A stretch of DNA of 61,455 bases, the filler included. It is 2 parts of 2 records of this genome, joined end to end, with 100 filler letters (N's around TTAATTAATTAA, not from the genome) between each part and the next. Parts side by side here need not be neighbours in the genome. Positions count along the whole stretch, not along the records: positions 30,308 to 61,455 come from SRR16203515_2333; 1 more part is not named here. One strand, given 5' to 3'. The notes beneath the pieces were generated by a model. It worked only from the letters and a program-made list of their open reading frames with translations, did not search any database and was not told where the DNA came from. A program made the translations under genes and the position numbers. Shown here one piece after another: positions 31,050 through 42,438 of the stretch. Position 1 is the first letter of the stretch. The number at the start of each line of letters is the position of its first letter.

Positions 31050-31830
31050 CCCCCTACCAATTATAGACAGCCATGCTCACCTTGATTTCCCTGAGTTTGA
31101 TATTGATAGAGCTGAGTTATTTGCTCAAATGAAACTTGCCGGGATCGATGACGTTGTGCTGCCGGGCGTTTCAGCTTTGCATTGGCATAATCAGCTCAAA
31201 ATTGCTGAGCAATATCGATGTTTATATGCCCTAGGGATCCACCCTTGGTACTGCGGTCATGCTGCAAATATAGATAGTGAGCTTAAGTCTCTAAGAACTT
31301 TGTTACTGAAATATAAAGAAAAACCTCAATTAGTCGCGATAGGGGAATGTGGTTTAGATAAATTACATAAAAGTGATTTTGATACACAATTGAAAGTATT
31401 TACAGCTCAAATTGAGCTTGCAGTAGAGTTTGAACTACCTCTCATTATTCATTCTGTTAAGGCTCATGAAGAGGTTATTAAATTACTTAAAATACTGAAA
31501 CCAAGTAAAAAAGGCGTAATTCATGGTTTTTATGGTGGGCCAGAACTGGCATCACAATATGTTAATTTAGGCTATAAAGTCGGTGTGGGCGGGCTTTTAC
31601 TCAATGATAATGCACCTAAATTGCAACAAACGGTGGCGCAATTACCATTAGATTCTTTTGTCTTGGAAACAGATTCGCCTGCGATGACGCCTAAAAATAG
31701 TCAAAATCGTCGAAATACGCCGCTAATTTTGCCTGATATCCTCCAAAAAATGGCGAATTTACAAAAAAAATCTGCCGTTCTTATTTCAGAACAGATGTTT
31801 TATAACGTCACGCAACTCTTTGACCTTTAG
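31042..31830 (+). CDS. TatD family metal-dependent DNase (YjjV-like)
   Basis: IDSHAH, GIHPW, AIGECGLD, IIHS, IHGF, LETDSP. Confidence 0.9.
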   Translation: MSNPLPIIDSHAHLDFPEFDIDRAELFAQMKLAGIDDVVLPGVSALHWHNQLKIAEQYRCLYALGIHPWYCGHAANIDSELKSLRTLLLKYKEKPQLVAIGECGLDKLHKSDFDTQLKVFTAQIELAVEFELPLIIHSVKAHEEVIKLLKILKPSKKGVIHGFYGGPELASQYVNLGYKVGVGGLLLNDNAPKLQQTVAQLPLDSFVLETDSPAMTPKNSQNRRNTPLILPDILQKMANLQKKSAVLISEQMFYNVTQLFDL

Positions 31831-32009
31831 TTTTTTTCTTCTTAAACAGATGCTTGTCGCATCATTTTTTTCAACAAAATCATTGAAATAAAACCTCAAA
31901 AACTTGATCAATACGACGCTTTTAGGGAGCTGGTCGGGTATAATCGTGGTCGTGAAAAAAGGTTGGTTAACAACATAATTAAAAAGTATTAACAATAGGG
32001 TGATGGTTA

Positions 32010-33305
32010 ATGGATATTTTAATGAGTTTAGTAGGGGTGGTCACCTTGCTAGCGATAGCTTTCGGGTTATCGAACAATAGAAATGCAATTAACAAGCGTA
32101 CAGTTTTCGGTGCCTTGGCAATTCAAGCCGCGTTAGGTGGTTTTGTATTGGCAGTTCCGGTTGGTAAAGATATTCTTCAAGGTATGTCTGATGCCGTATC
32201 TAGCGTTATTGGATACGCGCAAAATGGTATTGGTTTCTTATTCGGTGATTTAGCTAACTTCAAGGTTGGCTTTATTTTTGCCGTAAACGTACTACCTGTT
32301 ATTGTTTTCTTCTCTTCTCTAATTGCAGTTCTTTACTACTTAGGCATTATGCAGTGGGTCATCCGTATTATCGGTGGTGGTCTACAAAAGGCACTTGGCA
32401 CAAGTCGTACAGAGTCTATGTCAGCTACTGCTAACATCTTCGTGGGTCAAACTGAAGCACCACTAGTTGTGCGTCCGTTTATCGCGACTATGACTAACTC
32501 AGAGCTATTCGCAATCATGGTGGGTGGTCTTGCATCTATCGCTGGTTCTGTTCTAGCTGGTTACGCGCAGATGGGTGTACCAATTGAATACTTAGTAGCG
32601 GCATCGTTCATGGCTGCACCAGGTGGTCTATTAATGGCTAAACTGATGCACCCTGAAACAGAAGAAGCTAAGAACGAAATGAGCGACTTACCAGAAGATC
32701 CTGATAAGCCTGCTAACGTTCTTGACGCAGCTGCTGCAGGTGCTTCGTCTGGTATGCACTTAGCACTAAACGTTGGTGCAATGCTTCTAGCATTCGTTGG
32801 TTTGATCGCTATGATCAACGGTATCATCGGTGGTATCGGTGGTTGGTTTGGTATGGAAGGCTTAACACTAGAACTGATTCTAGGTTATATCTTCATGCCA
32901 TTAGCATTCCTTATCGGTGTGCCTTGGAACGAAGCACTCGTTGCTGGTTCTTTCATCGGTCAAAAGATTGTAGTGAATGAATTCGTTGCTTACTTAAACT
33001 TCGCTCCATACATTCACGAAGCTGCTACGGCTTGTACCAGTGTTGTAGAAGAAGTCGCGCAAGGTCTACCTTTGTGTGTTGAAGGTACGCAAGCAGCTAT
33101 GAGTTTCAGAACACAAGCTATCGTCTCATTCGCTCTATGTGGTTTCGCTAACCTATCTTCAATCGCGATTCTGCTTGGCGGCCTGGGCTCTATGGCTCCT
33201 AATCGTCGTCACGATTTAGCTAAGCTTGGTATCCGAGCGGTTATCGCCGGTTCTCTAGCGAACTTAATGAGTGCAACATTAGCGGGTCTATTCCTAGCGT
33301 TGTAA
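32010..33305 (+). CDS. nupC: Concentrative nucleoside transporter (NupC/CNT family)
   Basis: [43 protein letters not shown] at 31939. Confidence 0.93.
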   Translation: MDILMSLVGVVTLLAIAFGLSNNRNAINKRTVFGALAIQAALGGFVLAVPVGKDILQGMSDAVSSVIGYAQNGIGFLFGDLANFKVGFIFAVNVLPVIVFFSSLIAVLYYLGIMQWVIRIIGGGLQKALGTSRTESMSATANIFVGQTEAPLVVRPFIATMTNSELFAIMVGGLASIAGSVLAGYAQMGVPIEYLVAASFMAAPGGLLMAKLMHPETEEAKNEMSDLPEDPDKPANVLDAAAAGASSGMHLALNVGAMLLAFVGLIAMINGIIGGIGGWFGMEGLTLELILGYIFMPLAFLIGVPWNEALVAGSFIGQKIVVNEFVAYLNFAPYIHEAATACTSVVEEVAQGLPLCVEGTQAAMSFRTQAIVSFALCGFANLSSIAILLGGLGSMAPNRRHDLAKLGIRAVIAGSLANLMSATLAGLFLAL

Positions 33306-33312
33306 TCAAATT

Positions 33313-33340
33313 AAAAACTGAGCCTTAGGGCTCAGTTTTT
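33313..33340 (+). terminator. Intrinsic terminator
   Basis: aaaaactgagcc-ttag-ggctcagttttt. Confidence 0.9.
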
Positions 33341-33639
33341 GCTTTTGCTTACCTAAAAGCAAAAGAGAGTAAGACTGAAGTCTCCAAATGATATGTTTTT
33401 GAAATGATCAATAGCTCTGGTTAGGGATCGTTTCGGCTTGAAAATAACAAAAAAGATGATTAGACAGTCGATTCTGTCACAAAATCATAAAGTTGTTTTG
33501 ATGTTAAAACTTAGTGTTCGCATTTTTACATTAATCATGTTGAAGTTTGACGGAAATTAAGTAAAATGCGCGCCATAAAAAAGAAACGCTGACTCTTCAT
33601 AAAGAAGGGCGGCAAACCATAAAATAAATGGGGTTGATG

Positions 33640-34542
33640 ATGAAAAACGTTAAAACTTTCGCACTAGCAGCTACCGCTGTTGCTGCAACTATGTCTGCAC
33701 CTACATTCGCTGCTGACCGCACAGATTTACGTGCTGGCGATTACAGCTGGATGCAGTTCAACGCAATGTACGCTGTAAACGAACTTCCACGTGACGGTTC
33801 TACTGACAATGGTCATGATTACCTAGAAATGGAATTCGGCGGCCGTGCTGGTATCGTTGACCTATACGGTTATGTTGATGTTTTCAACGTAACTAACCGT
33901 GACTACGGTGATAAGAATAACGGTGCAAGCAAAATGTTCATGAAGCTTGCTCCTCGCTTCTCTATCGATGCGATGACTGGCTGGGACCTTTCAGTTGGTC
34001 CAATCCAAGAAGTTTACTTCTCTACTCTATTTAACTGGGGTGGTGGTGGAATCACTGGTACATACGAAACTAAAGATGTTAACGGTGATGTAGTAACTAT
34101 CAACACAGAAGGCGACGTAAACAACTCTTTCTGGGGTCTAGGTGCTGACGTTATGGTTCCATGGTTAGGTAAAACTGGCATGAACCTATACGCAACCTAC
34201 GACTTAAATAACAAAGAGTGGAACGGTTACCAATTCTCTATGAACTGGTTCAAGCCTATAATGAACTTTGATAACGGTTCATTCGTGTCTTTCCAAGGTT
34301 ATGTTGATTACCAGTTTGGTGCTGATGAAGTTTACTTCCCAGATAGTGAAGGTGTTGTACGTGAAGGTAAAAGCTCTCACGGTGGTGCAGCATACTTCGG
34401 TCTACACTGGCACTCAGACAACTACGCACTTGGTTACGGTCTAAAAGCATACAACGATGTATACCTGCTTAAAGACGATGGTGCTACAGGTCTAGAAACT
34501 ACTGGTTTCGCACACTACTTCACAGCTACTTACAAGTTCTAA
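33640..34542 (+). CDS. ompK: Nucleoside-specific outer-membrane channel, OmpK/Tsx family
   Basis: Signal peptide, HDYLEMEFGGR, DLYGYVD, FMKLAPRFSID, C-terminal YKF; between nupC and deo genes. Confidence 0.9.
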   Translation: MKNVKTFALAATAVAATMSAPTFAADRTDLRAGDYSWMQFNAMYAVNELPRDGSTDNGHDYLEMEFGGRAGIVDLYGYVDVFNVTNRDYGDKNNGASKMFMKLAPRFSIDAMTGWDLSVGPIQEVYFSTLFNWGGGGITGTYETKDVNGDVVTINTEGDVNNSFWGLGADVMVPWLGKTGMNLYATYDLNNKEWNGYQFSMNWFKPIMNFDNGSFVSFQGYVDYQFGADEVYFPDSEGVVREGKSSHGGAAYFGLHWHSDNYALGYGLKAYNDVYLLKDDGATGLETTGFAHYFTATYKF

Positions 34543-34585
34543 GCATCGCTTAAAGCATTGGCTTAAAACTGTGTAAATAGATGAC

Positions 34586-34608
34586 AGAGCCGCGATATTC
34601 GCGGCTCT
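34586..34608 (+). terminator. Terminator after ompK
   Basis: agagccgcga-tat-tcgcggctct. Confidence 0.7.
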
Positions 34609-35111
34609 ATCTTTAAGATAGCAATCGTCAATCAAACGCCAAACTATTAATTTTAACTTACACTAATATTGTTATATAAACAGGTTAATTTTTACCTAAG
34701 CATCAGCTATATTGAGTAGGCTCATATGAGTGAGTTACCAACATGCAGTTTGTTTATGTAAACATTAACAGCCAGCATAAAAACCTTGGTTGTCGCTAAA
34801 TTTTTAGATTAATTACGCGCTAAAACGGATTTTTCGCGGAAAGGCAGAAATAAGCAGTTTCAATTTCCCTTCCCGGTCTTCATGGATTCAAGTCGTGGCA
34901 CTAGTGTCAGGATGGTTGCGCTCATTGGAGTTAACAACGTTGGATACCTGAATAGTATTTTTGTGTTTAGAGCCCACAAGGCTTTAGGCATATATTCGGC
35001 AATGCCCGAAGGCCCGGCCCATAACTATAATCAAAATAGCCAGTTCAAGGCATCGCCGTGCAATATTTTCTGTTTTAAATTAATAATTTGAATCTTTCTC
35101 GGAGAGCTATT

Positions 35112-35885
35112 ATGAGCGACTTAAAAAAAGCAGCACAACAAGCCATTAACCTAATGGATCTGACCACTCTAAATGACGACGACACAGATCAAAAAGTGAT
35201 CGATCTTTGTCATAAAGCAAAGACGCCTGCTGGTGATACTGCTGCCATCTGTATTTATCCACGCTTCATTCCGATTGCACGTAAAACACTAAACGAAATT
35301 GATGGTGACGACATCAAAATTGCTACAGTGACTAACTTCCCACACGGTAACGACGATATCGCTATCGCAGTTTTAGAAACTCGTGCAGCAGTGGCTTATG
35401 GCGCTGATGAAGTTGACGTTGTATTCCCATACCGCGCGCTAATGGCTGGCAACGAAACTGTAGGTTTCGAACTTGTTAAAGCTTGTAAAGAAGCATGTGG
35501 TGACGATGCAATTCTTAAAGTTATCATCGAATTTGGCGTGTTAGCTGATCCTGCACTTATTCGTAAAGCATCTGAGCTATCTATTGATGCTGGCGCTGAC
35601 TTTATCAAGACTTCTACAGGTAAAGTTGCAGTGAACGCAACGCTTGAAGCTGCTGAAATCATGATGACAGTGATTAGCGAAAAGAACCCTAAAGTTGGCT
35701 TTAAGCCAGCTGGCGGCGTTAAAGACGCTGAAGCAGCTGCTGAATTCTTAGGTGTTGCAGCTCGCCTATTAGGTGATGACTGGGCAACTCCTGCGACATT
35801 CCGTTTTGGCGCATCAAGCCTATTGAATAACTTGCTTCATACATTAGAGCTAGGCGATGCACCACAAGGTGCACAAGGTTACTAA
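35112..35885 (+). CDS. deoC: Deoxyribose-phosphate aldolase (ATG 35112)
   Basis: [50 protein letters not shown]. Confidence 0.96.
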   Translation: MSDLKKAAQQAINLMDLTTLNDDDTDQKVIDLCHKAKTPAGDTAAICIYPRFIPIARKTLNEIDGDDIKIATVTNFPHGNDDIAIAVLETRAAVAYGADEVDVVFPYRALMAGNETVGFELVKACKEACGDDAILKVIIEFGVLADPALIRKASELSIDAGADFIKTSTGKVAVNATLEAAEIMMTVISEKNPKVGFKPAGGVKDAEAAAEFLGVAARLLGDDWATPATFRFGASSLLNNLLHTLELGDAPQGAQGY

Positions 35886-36047
35886 TCTTTACACCTTAAG
35901 CTTGTTATTAAGTGTGATCTAAATCTAATTAGGTGTATCAAAAGTCCGTTAGTATGTAACAATATTACGACTTTTGATTCCTATTAGTGGAATGCTAACT
36001 GAAACAGCTATTAATTAGAAATTCAGTTACACTCTTGGAGGTAGTAC

Positions 36048-37379
36048 ATGTTTTTAGCTCAAGAAATTATTCGTAAAAAACGTAATGCTGAAGTGCTGTC
36101 GACGGCAGAGATTCAATTCTTTGTTAACGGTATCACTAACAATACAGTTTCAGAAGGTCAGATCGCAGCCCTAGGTATGGCGGTCTATTTCAATGACATG
36201 AACATGGATGAACGTATTGCGCTTACGACTGCAATGCGTGACTCTGGCACAGTGCTCAACTGGCAATCACTTAACCTAAACGGTCCAATTATCGATAAAC
36301 ACTCAACCGGTGGTGTGGGAGATGTCATTAGTTTGATGTTAGGCCCAATGGCTGCAGCTTGCGGTGGTTATGTACCTATGATTTCAGGTAGAGGCCTTGG
36401 TCATACCGGTGGTACGCTCGATAAGTTTGACGCCATCCCAGGTTATAATACTGAGCCTGATAGCGCACTTTTCCGTAAAGTAGTAAAAGAAGCTGGCGTG
36501 GCGATTATTGGCCAAACAGGCGATCTTGTTCCTGCTGATAAGCGTTTCTACTCTATTCGAGATAATACCGCTACGGTTGAATCTATCTCACTAATTACCG
36601 CCTCAATTCTTTCTAAAAAACTTGCAGCAGGCCTTGATGCCTTAGCCATGGATGTCAAAGTAGGTACTGGGGCGTTTATGCCAACTTATGAGGCATCTGA
36701 AGAACTAGCACGCAGTATTACTGCGGTAGCAAATGGCGCTGGTACCAAGACAACTGCATTACTTACCGACATGAACCAAGTATTGGCATCATGTGCAGGT
36801 AACGCATTAGAAGTAAAAGAAGCTGTTGATTTTATGACAGGCGCTTACCGTAATCCTCGTTTATACGAAGTGACTATGGGTCTATGTGCTGAAATGCTAG
36901 TGCTAGGCGGACTTGCAAGTAATGAAGCTGACGCTCGCGTTAAACTTAATGCCGTGCTTGATAACGGTAAAGCGGCTGAAATATTTGGTCGTATGGTTGC
37001 AGGTTTGGGTGGTCCAGCTGATTTTGTAGAAAACTACAGCAAATACCTACCTGACTCACAAATTATTCGTCCTGTTTACGCAGATAAATCCGGCTTTGCA
37101 GCCGCGATGGATACTCGTGAGCTTGGACTTGCAGTAGTAACCTTGGGCGGTGGTCGTCGCAAACCTGGTGATGCGCTTGATTATAGCGTGGGGCTTTCGC
37201 AAGTTTGCGCATTAGGCGATGAGATTAATGCCGACAAGCCTATTGCATTTATTCATGCCCAATCTGAAAACGCCTTTGCTGAAGCTGAAGCTGCAGTGAA
37301 AAAAGCGATTCACATTGGCGATACCAAACCAGAGCAAACTCCGGAAATATATCGTTATATCCGTGAGTCAGATCTGTAA
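36048..37379 (+). CDS. deoA: Thymidine phosphorylase
   Basis: [32 protein letters not shown]. Confidence 0.97.
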   Translation: MFLAQEIIRKKRNAEVLSTAEIQFFVNGITNNTVSEGQIAALGMAVYFNDMNMDERIALTTAMRDSGTVLNWQSLNLNGPIIDKHSTGGVGDVISLMLGPMAAACGGYVPMISGRGLGHTGGTLDKFDAIPGYNTEPDSALFRKVVKEAGVAIIGQTGDLVPADKRFYSIRDNTATVESISLITASILSKKLAAGLDALAMDVKVGTGAFMPTYEASEELARSITAVANGAGTKTTALLTDMNQVLASCAGNALEVKEAVDFMTGAYRNPRLYEVTMGLCAEMLVLGGLASNEADARVKLNAVLDNGKAAEIFGRMVAGLGGPADFVENYSKYLPDSQIIRPVYADKSGFAAAMDTRELGLAVVTLGGGRRKPGDALDYSVGLSQVCALGDEINADKPIAFIHAQSENAFAEAEAAVKKAIHIGDTKPEQTPEIYRYIRESDL

Positions 37380-37392
37380 CGGAGCACAGTTT

Positions 37393-38613
37393 ATGAAACG
37401 TACTATAATCATGATGCTAGACTCATTCGGCGTTGGTGCAGCGCACGATGCTGAGGCTTTTGGCGATGTGGGTTCAAACACTTTTGGTCACATTGCTAAG
37501 GCATGTGCTGAAGGCAAAGCAAACGATGGTCGTGAAGGCCCGTTAAAGCTGCCAAACTTGGCGCGTTTAGGTCTTGGTCATGCATCAAAAGAAAGTACTG
37601 GTGAGTTTCCACTTGGCTTTGCTGATGATGTTGAAGTTATTGGTGCTTATGGTTACGCAGACGAGCTAAGCTCGGGTAAAGATACACCAAGCGGACACTG
37701 GGAAATGGCTGGCGTACCTGTTTTATACGAATGGGGTTACTTCAGTGAGCTAACTAACTCTTTCCCACAAGAGCTAACTGATAAGATTTTAGCACGTGCA
37801 GGATTAACCGAGTTTTTAGGTAACTGCCATTCATCAGGTACGGTTATTTTAGAAGAACTTGGCGAAGAGCATATGCGCACAGGCAAGCCAATTTTTTATA
37901 CTTCTGCTGATTCTGTATTTCAGATCGCTTGTCATGAAGAATCTTTCGGGCTTGAGAAGTTATATGAGCTTTGCATTATCGCCCGTGAAGAGCTTGCCGA
38001 TTACAATATTGGTCGTGTGATTGCGCGTCCATTTGTTGGCACATGTGCCAGTGATTTCGAGCGTACCGGTAACCGTCGCGATTACGCGGTAGAGCCGCCT
38101 GCGCCAACCGTACTTGATAAGCTTAAGGCTGCCGGTGGTGAAGTTGTTAGTGTGGGTAAGATTGCAGATATTTATGCAAACTGCGGCATCACTAAGAAAG
38201 TTAAAGCAACGGGCTTAGAAGCGTTATTTGACGCGACGTTAGAGCAAGTTAAACAAGCTGGTGACAACACAATTGTTTTCACTAACTTTGTGGATTTTGA
38301 CTCACATTACGGCCACCGCCGTGATGTAGCTGGTTATGCTCGCAGCCTTGAGTACTTTGACTCACGTTTGCCAGAGATTTTAGCACTGCTAGGCGAAGAC
38401 GACTTCTTACTGCTGACTGCTGATCATGGTTGTGATCCAACATGGCCTGGTAGTGACCATACTCGTGAGCGTGTGCCTGTACTTGCGTACGGTGCAGGCC
38501 TAGAAGCTGGCTCCTTAGGGCTGCGCAATAGTTTTGCTGATATGGGCCAATCTATTGCTAGCTACTTTAAGCTTGAGCCAATGGAATATGGCGAATCATT
38601 TATTCGTTCATAA
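37393..38613 (+). CDS. deoB: Phosphopentomutase (ATG 37393)
   Basis: [47 protein letters not shown]. Confidence 0.97.
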   Translation: MKRTIIMMLDSFGVGAAHDAEAFGDVGSNTFGHIAKACAEGKANDGREGPLKLPNLARLGLGHASKESTGEFPLGFADDVEVIGAYGYADELSSGKDTPSGHWEMAGVPVLYEWGYFSELTNSFPQELTDKILARAGLTEFLGNCHSSGTVILEELGEEHMRTGKPIFYTSADSVFQIACHEESFGLEKLYELCIIAREELADYNIGRVIARPFVGTCASDFERTGNRRDYAVEPPAPTVLDKLKAAGGEVVSVGKIADIYANCGITKKVKATGLEALFDATLEQVKQAGDNTIVFTNFVDFDSHYGHRRDVAGYARSLEYFDSRLPEILALLGEDDFLLLTADHGCDPTWPGSDHTRERVPVLAYGAGLEAGSLGLRNSFADMGQSIASYFKLEPMEYGESFIRS

Positions 38614-38633
38614 TCTGAAGAAATTTGAATTTG

Positions 38634-38652
38634 GCGGCTCAAATTGAGCCGC
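38634..38652 (+). other. Intercistronic hairpin deoB/deoD
   Basis: gcggctcaa-a-ttgagccgc, no U-tail. Confidence 0.5.
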
Positions 38653-38711
38653 TAGCATACAAGACTTAAGTTGTTTACAACGGTCTATAAATATAAATAG
38701 GGGTTATTCTG

Positions 38712-39422
38712 ATGGCTACACCACACATTAATGCCGTAGACGGCGCATTTGCTGATACAGTTCTATTTCCAGGCGATCCACTACGCGCTAAGTACATCGC
38801 TGAAACGTTTCTAGAAAACGTTGAGCAAGTTACTGACGTTCGTAACATGCTTGGTTTCACTGGTACTTACAAAGGTGTTCGTATCTCTGTTATGGGTTCA
38901 GGCATGGGTATCCCATCTTGTTCAATCTACGCAACTGAATTGATCAAAGATTACGGCGTTAAGAACCTAATCCGTGTTGGTACTTGTGGTGCAATCAGCA
39001 CTGACGTTAAAGTACGTGACGTGATCATTGGTATGGGTGCTTGTACTGACTCACAAACTAACCGTCTACGTTTCCGTGGCCAAGACTTCGCTGCTATTTG
39101 TGATTACGGCCTATTAAGCGCTGTAGTTAAAGCTGCTGAAGCAAAAGGCACTAAGTACCGCGTAGGTAACGTTTTCTCTGCAGACCTATTCTACACTCCT
39201 GATCCAGTTATGTTTGACGTAATGGAAAAGATGGACGTATTAGGCGTTGAAATGGAAGCTGCTGGTCTATACGGCGTAGCAAAAGAGTTCGGTGCTAAAG
39301 CATTGTGTGTTGTTACAGTTTCGGATCATATCCGTACTGGTGAGAAGACAACTTCAGATGAGCGTCAAACTACGTTCAACGAAATGATCGAAATGACACT
39401 AGAAGCTGCAATTACTCTTTAA
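38712..39422 (+). CDS. deoD: Purine nucleoside phosphorylase
   Basis: MATPHI, PGDPLRA, GMGIPS, IRVGTCG, VEMEAA, TVSD. Confidence 0.97.
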   Translation: MATPHINAVDGAFADTVLFPGDPLRAKYIAETFLENVEQVTDVRNMLGFTGTYKGVRISVMGSGMGIPSCSIYATELIKDYGVKNLIRVGTCGAISTDVKVRDVIIGMGACTDSQTNRLRFRGQDFAAICDYGLLSAVVKAAEAKGTKYRVGNVFSADLFYTPDPVMFDVMEKMDVLGVEMEAAGLYGVAKEFGAKALCVVTVSDHIRTGEKTTSDERQTTFNEMIEMTLEAAITL

Positions 39423-39454
39423 TTGCTAATGCTTTAGTCGTTATCGACTGCAAT

Positions 39455-39484
39455 AAAAACGGACGCAAATGCGTCCGTTTTTTT
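39455..39484. terminator. Bidirectional terminator
   Basis: aaaaacggacgc-aaat-gcgtccgttttttt. Confidence 0.9.
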
Positions 39485-39518
39485 ATCTATTTTTTACCAC
39501 TGTTTATACCAAACAATT

Positions 39519-40922
39519 TTAGTCTTCAGCTTCTGAGTCATTATCTATTGGTTTCACTTTGGCCTTAGCTTTAGTGGCTGGTTTCTTAACGGGCGCTTTT
39601 TTCACTGCAGTTTTTCTAACGCTAGCTTTTTTTGCTGAAGCGGGCTTCACTTTTTCACTGGCTGACGACTCAGAGTCGGCTTCTGCACTAGCACTTTCTG
39701 GGATGTCGGCAACCTTTGTAGCCCTTTTAGCCTTTGTCGCTACAGCTGGTGTCTCTACTTTAGCTGCAGTCGATTTAGGCGCAGCCGTTTTGCCTGCAGT
39801 TGATTTAGTTGCTGTTGTTTTCGCTGCCGCTTTTGCTTTTGGGGCACGCTTGGCTTTAGGTGCTGATGGCTCTGGCTGCGATTTTGTGCCAGCTGCGTTA
39901 GCTTCAAAGGCCGGCTTTGGCTCTTGTTTAGGTGTTTGCTTTACCTCTGCTTCAATCTTTGGTTGAACCTCTGATTCAAGCTGAGAAATAGCACCTTGCT
40001 GAGCTTTATTCGCCGCTTCTGGCTCTGCATTAACTGTTGCTTTTACAGATGTTACTTTCGAAGCGGCTTCTGCCTTAGAAGCAGTTTTCATCTTTTCAGG
40101 GCTAGCTTTAACATCGTTGATAGTACTATTTAAGTTGTCATTAGCGTTTACCGAGTCACCAGAGTTAACAGCGTCGTTTACTTTATTATCTGCACTTGTT
40201 GTCTCATTAGGCTTTGCTTCATCTATTAGCGTTGCCGATGTTTGAGTTTTGCCTTTTGCAGCCAGTTTTTTTGCTTCTTTAGCTTCAGCTTTGGCTTTTT
40301 TCTTCGCTAATAATCTTCTCAGTTTTACTCTGGCTTTACGTCTATCAAAGTCCGCACGCTTAAATGAAAGTGCGCGCGATAGCAGCATGCCAATTAATCC
40401 AGCTATTAGCAGCATCATTTGTTGCTGCTCCATATTGATTTGATGCGCTTCTTTAATTTCATTGAAGAAGTACTTAGGTTCTAGACGTACTTCTACGTAA
40501 CCTAAGTTTTTACCGTCTTGAGAGACAGCTTCAACATAAGGAGGATATTGATCTAAAATCCTATTTAATTCTTCAGAGCCGGGCTCCAAATCTTCTTCCG
40601 TTACACTCTGGGCAAAAGAGAGTCTTACACCATCTTCGCTAAATATGCTGGCTGACATGACCTTAGGATCGAGCACAAGCGCTTGGGCAAGCCATTGCAA
40701 TTGCTCGTCATTTTCAAGTTGTAATGCTGGTGCTGCACCATAAGCGGTTTGCTGGACCAGTAATCTTGCCATCTTTTCAGTTTGGGACTTTAGAAGCTGC
40801 TGCCCTTGTAGTAGGCTAGTTTCCCACAACTGGTCAAGACCGATGAATAATGCGATAGCAATCATGATCTGTAATAATCGGCTTATTCGATGGCTCTTTC
40901 TTAGGCCTTTTAAATAGAACAC
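39519..40922 (-). CDS. AhpA/YtjB (Smp) family membrane protein with long low-complexity basic tail (probable GTG start 40922)
   Basis: TM-periplasmic-TM layout ending LGYVEVRL..MLLIAGLIGMLL, divergent from serB as ytjB is in enterobacteria. Confidence 0.8.
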   Translation of the reverse strand: MFYLKGLRKSHRISRLLQIMIAIALFIGLDQLWETSLLQGQQLLKSQTEKMARLLVQQTAYGAAPALQLENDEQLQWLAQALVLDPKVMSASIFSEDGVRLSFAQSVTEEDLEPGSEELNRILDQYPPYVEAVSQDGKNLGYVEVRLEPKYFFNEIKEAHQINMEQQQMMLLIAGLIGMLLSRALSFKRADFDRRKARVKLRRLLAKKKAKAEAKEAKKLAAKGKTQTSATLIDEAKPNETTSADNKVNDAVNSGDSVNANDNLNSTINDVKASPEKMKTASKAEAASKVTSVKATVNAEPEAANKAQQGAISQLESEVQPKIEAEVKQTPKQEPKPAFEANAAGTKSQPEPSAPKAKRAPKAKAAAKTTATKSTAGKTAAPKSTAAKVETPAVATKAKRATKVADIPESASAEADSESSASEKVKPASAKKASVRKTAVKKAPVKKPATKAKAKVKPIDNDSEAED

Positions 40923-41000
40923 TGAAACCCTTAATATGTTGTGTACTGACTTAATCATAATTGATTCTGTCTGTACTCGGTAGCTGGAGAGTCATAACTA

Positions 41001-42008
41001 ATGGAAAGTTCGAGTCAATCTGCTGTTTTTACTTGGTTAACCACCGAAAGTAGCATGTCTTTTATAGCAGGGAAACAAAGATTTTCTCGTCATAACGAAA
41101 CCGAGTACCCAGTCGGTTTCTCACGTTATCGAGTCGTATTTTTAGCGAAACAAGATTGTGATGAAAATCAACAAACCATCGAAATTCAAGCGGTTTGTAA
41201 CTGGCTAACGGCATTAAGTACTGACTTGAGTTTGGCAGCTATTGATCGTCATTGTGGTTTGAGCTGCATTGAGCTCTGCAGCGAGAGCGCATTATCTCAA
41301 GCGCAACTGTCTCAATTAGATAACCTAACAACTGTTGAGTTATTTGAAGTCGCTCCTAATGCACCGCTAATCAATACTCCAGGGTTATTAGTCATGGATA
41401 TGGATTCAACAGCGATTGAAATCGAGTGTATTGATGAGCTGGCTGTTATGGCGGGAGTTGGTGCCGCTGTTGCCGAAGTGACCGAGCTTGCGATGCAAGG
41501 CGAGCTCGATTTTGAGCAAAGTTTACGTGCGCGAGTTGCTAAGCTTGAAGGTGCAGATGCGCAAATCATCGAAACGCTATGTGCTAAGCTACCGTTAATG
41601 CCGGGCCTTAAAGAGATGATTGCTGAGCTTAAAAGCCATGGCTGGCGAACCGTCGTCGCTTCTGGTGGCTTTACGCCATTTGTGAATCATCTTAAACAGC
41701 TATTATCTCTTGATGCTGCATTTGCAAATGAGCTGGATATTGCTGATGGTAAGTTACTTGGCAGTGTTTCGGGCCAAGTGGTGGATGCGCAATTCAAAGC
41801 TGACACCGTAGTTAGCTGTGCAGAGCAGTGGCAAATAGCAGCAGGGCAAAGAGTGGCAATTGGTGATGGTGCTAATGATATTCCAATGATTAAAACAGCT
41901 GATTTTGGTATTGCATATCATGCAAAGCCTAAGCTTGCTAAGGCCGCAGATATTCAGATTGATAAGCTAAATTTAAAGGTGTTGCCTTATTTGTTTCAGC
42001 TTAAGTAA
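41001..42008 (+). CDS. serB: Phosphoserine phosphatase
   Basis: VMDMDST, ECIDELA, AMQGELDF, ASGGF, GDGANDIPM. Confidence 0.95.
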   Translation: MESSSQSAVFTWLTTESSMSFIAGKQRFSRHNETEYPVGFSRYRVVFLAKQDCDENQQTIEIQAVCNWLTALSTDLSLAAIDRHCGLSCIELCSESALSQAQLSQLDNLTTVELFEVAPNAPLINTPGLLVMDMDSTAIEIECIDELAVMAGVGAAVAEVTELAMQGELDFEQSLRARVAKLEGADAQIIETLCAKLPLMPGLKEMIAELKSHGWRTVVASGGFTPFVNHLKQLLSLDAAFANELDIADGKLLGSVSGQVVDAQFKADTVVSCAEQWQIAAGQRVAIGDGANDIPMIKTADFGIAYHAKPKLAKAADIQIDKLNLKVLPYLFQLK

Positions 42009-42085
42009 CGCAAATTGCTATTAGCTCGGGATAGGTTGGATTTCGTTAAGGCCGACTAAACCAAGCATCTTATACTGATTGTTAT

Positions 42086-42117
42086 AAAAGCTCAGCACCT
42101 ACTGTGTTGAGCTTTTT
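42086..42117 (+). terminator. Terminator after serB
   Basis: aaaagctcagcac-ctact-gtgttgagcttttt. Confidence 0.75.
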
Positions 42118-42438
42118 GCTGTAAATAGGGCGCTGATTTTTGGCGATTGAAATTTAAATGCACATTTCAATATCTGTCTAGCTCATCAATTTAACTATGT
42201 CTCTCCTGATGTTTATACTGATTGGTATTAATCAAGATAAAAGTCGTTATATTTTAATATTATAGATAATACTTATAATGAGCGTTTGTTCTAAAAGTTA
42301 ACTATCATTTTGATTAATTTAGCTATCCAAATTGGCCCGTGTTTTAATCGTATCTACTCCGCGCTTTCTTAGAGTGTTTGCTCTTGTTTTTGTATTTAGA
42401 GTTCAGTAGCGTAACTGAAAAAACAAGAGAGTTTAGCT

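Noticed and set aside
31903-31918. CRP/FNR site upstream of nupC
   Set aside because: Position fits class II, but the second half-site (CGACG) is too degenerate
34882-35091. 69-aa ORF upstream of deoC
   Set aside because: No SD and no recognisable composition; treated as possible leader RNA, though not excluded
39559-39966. 135-aa Ala/Phe/Leu-rich + strand ORF
   Set aside because: Antisense shadow of the Lys/Ala-rich tail of the YtjB-like gene
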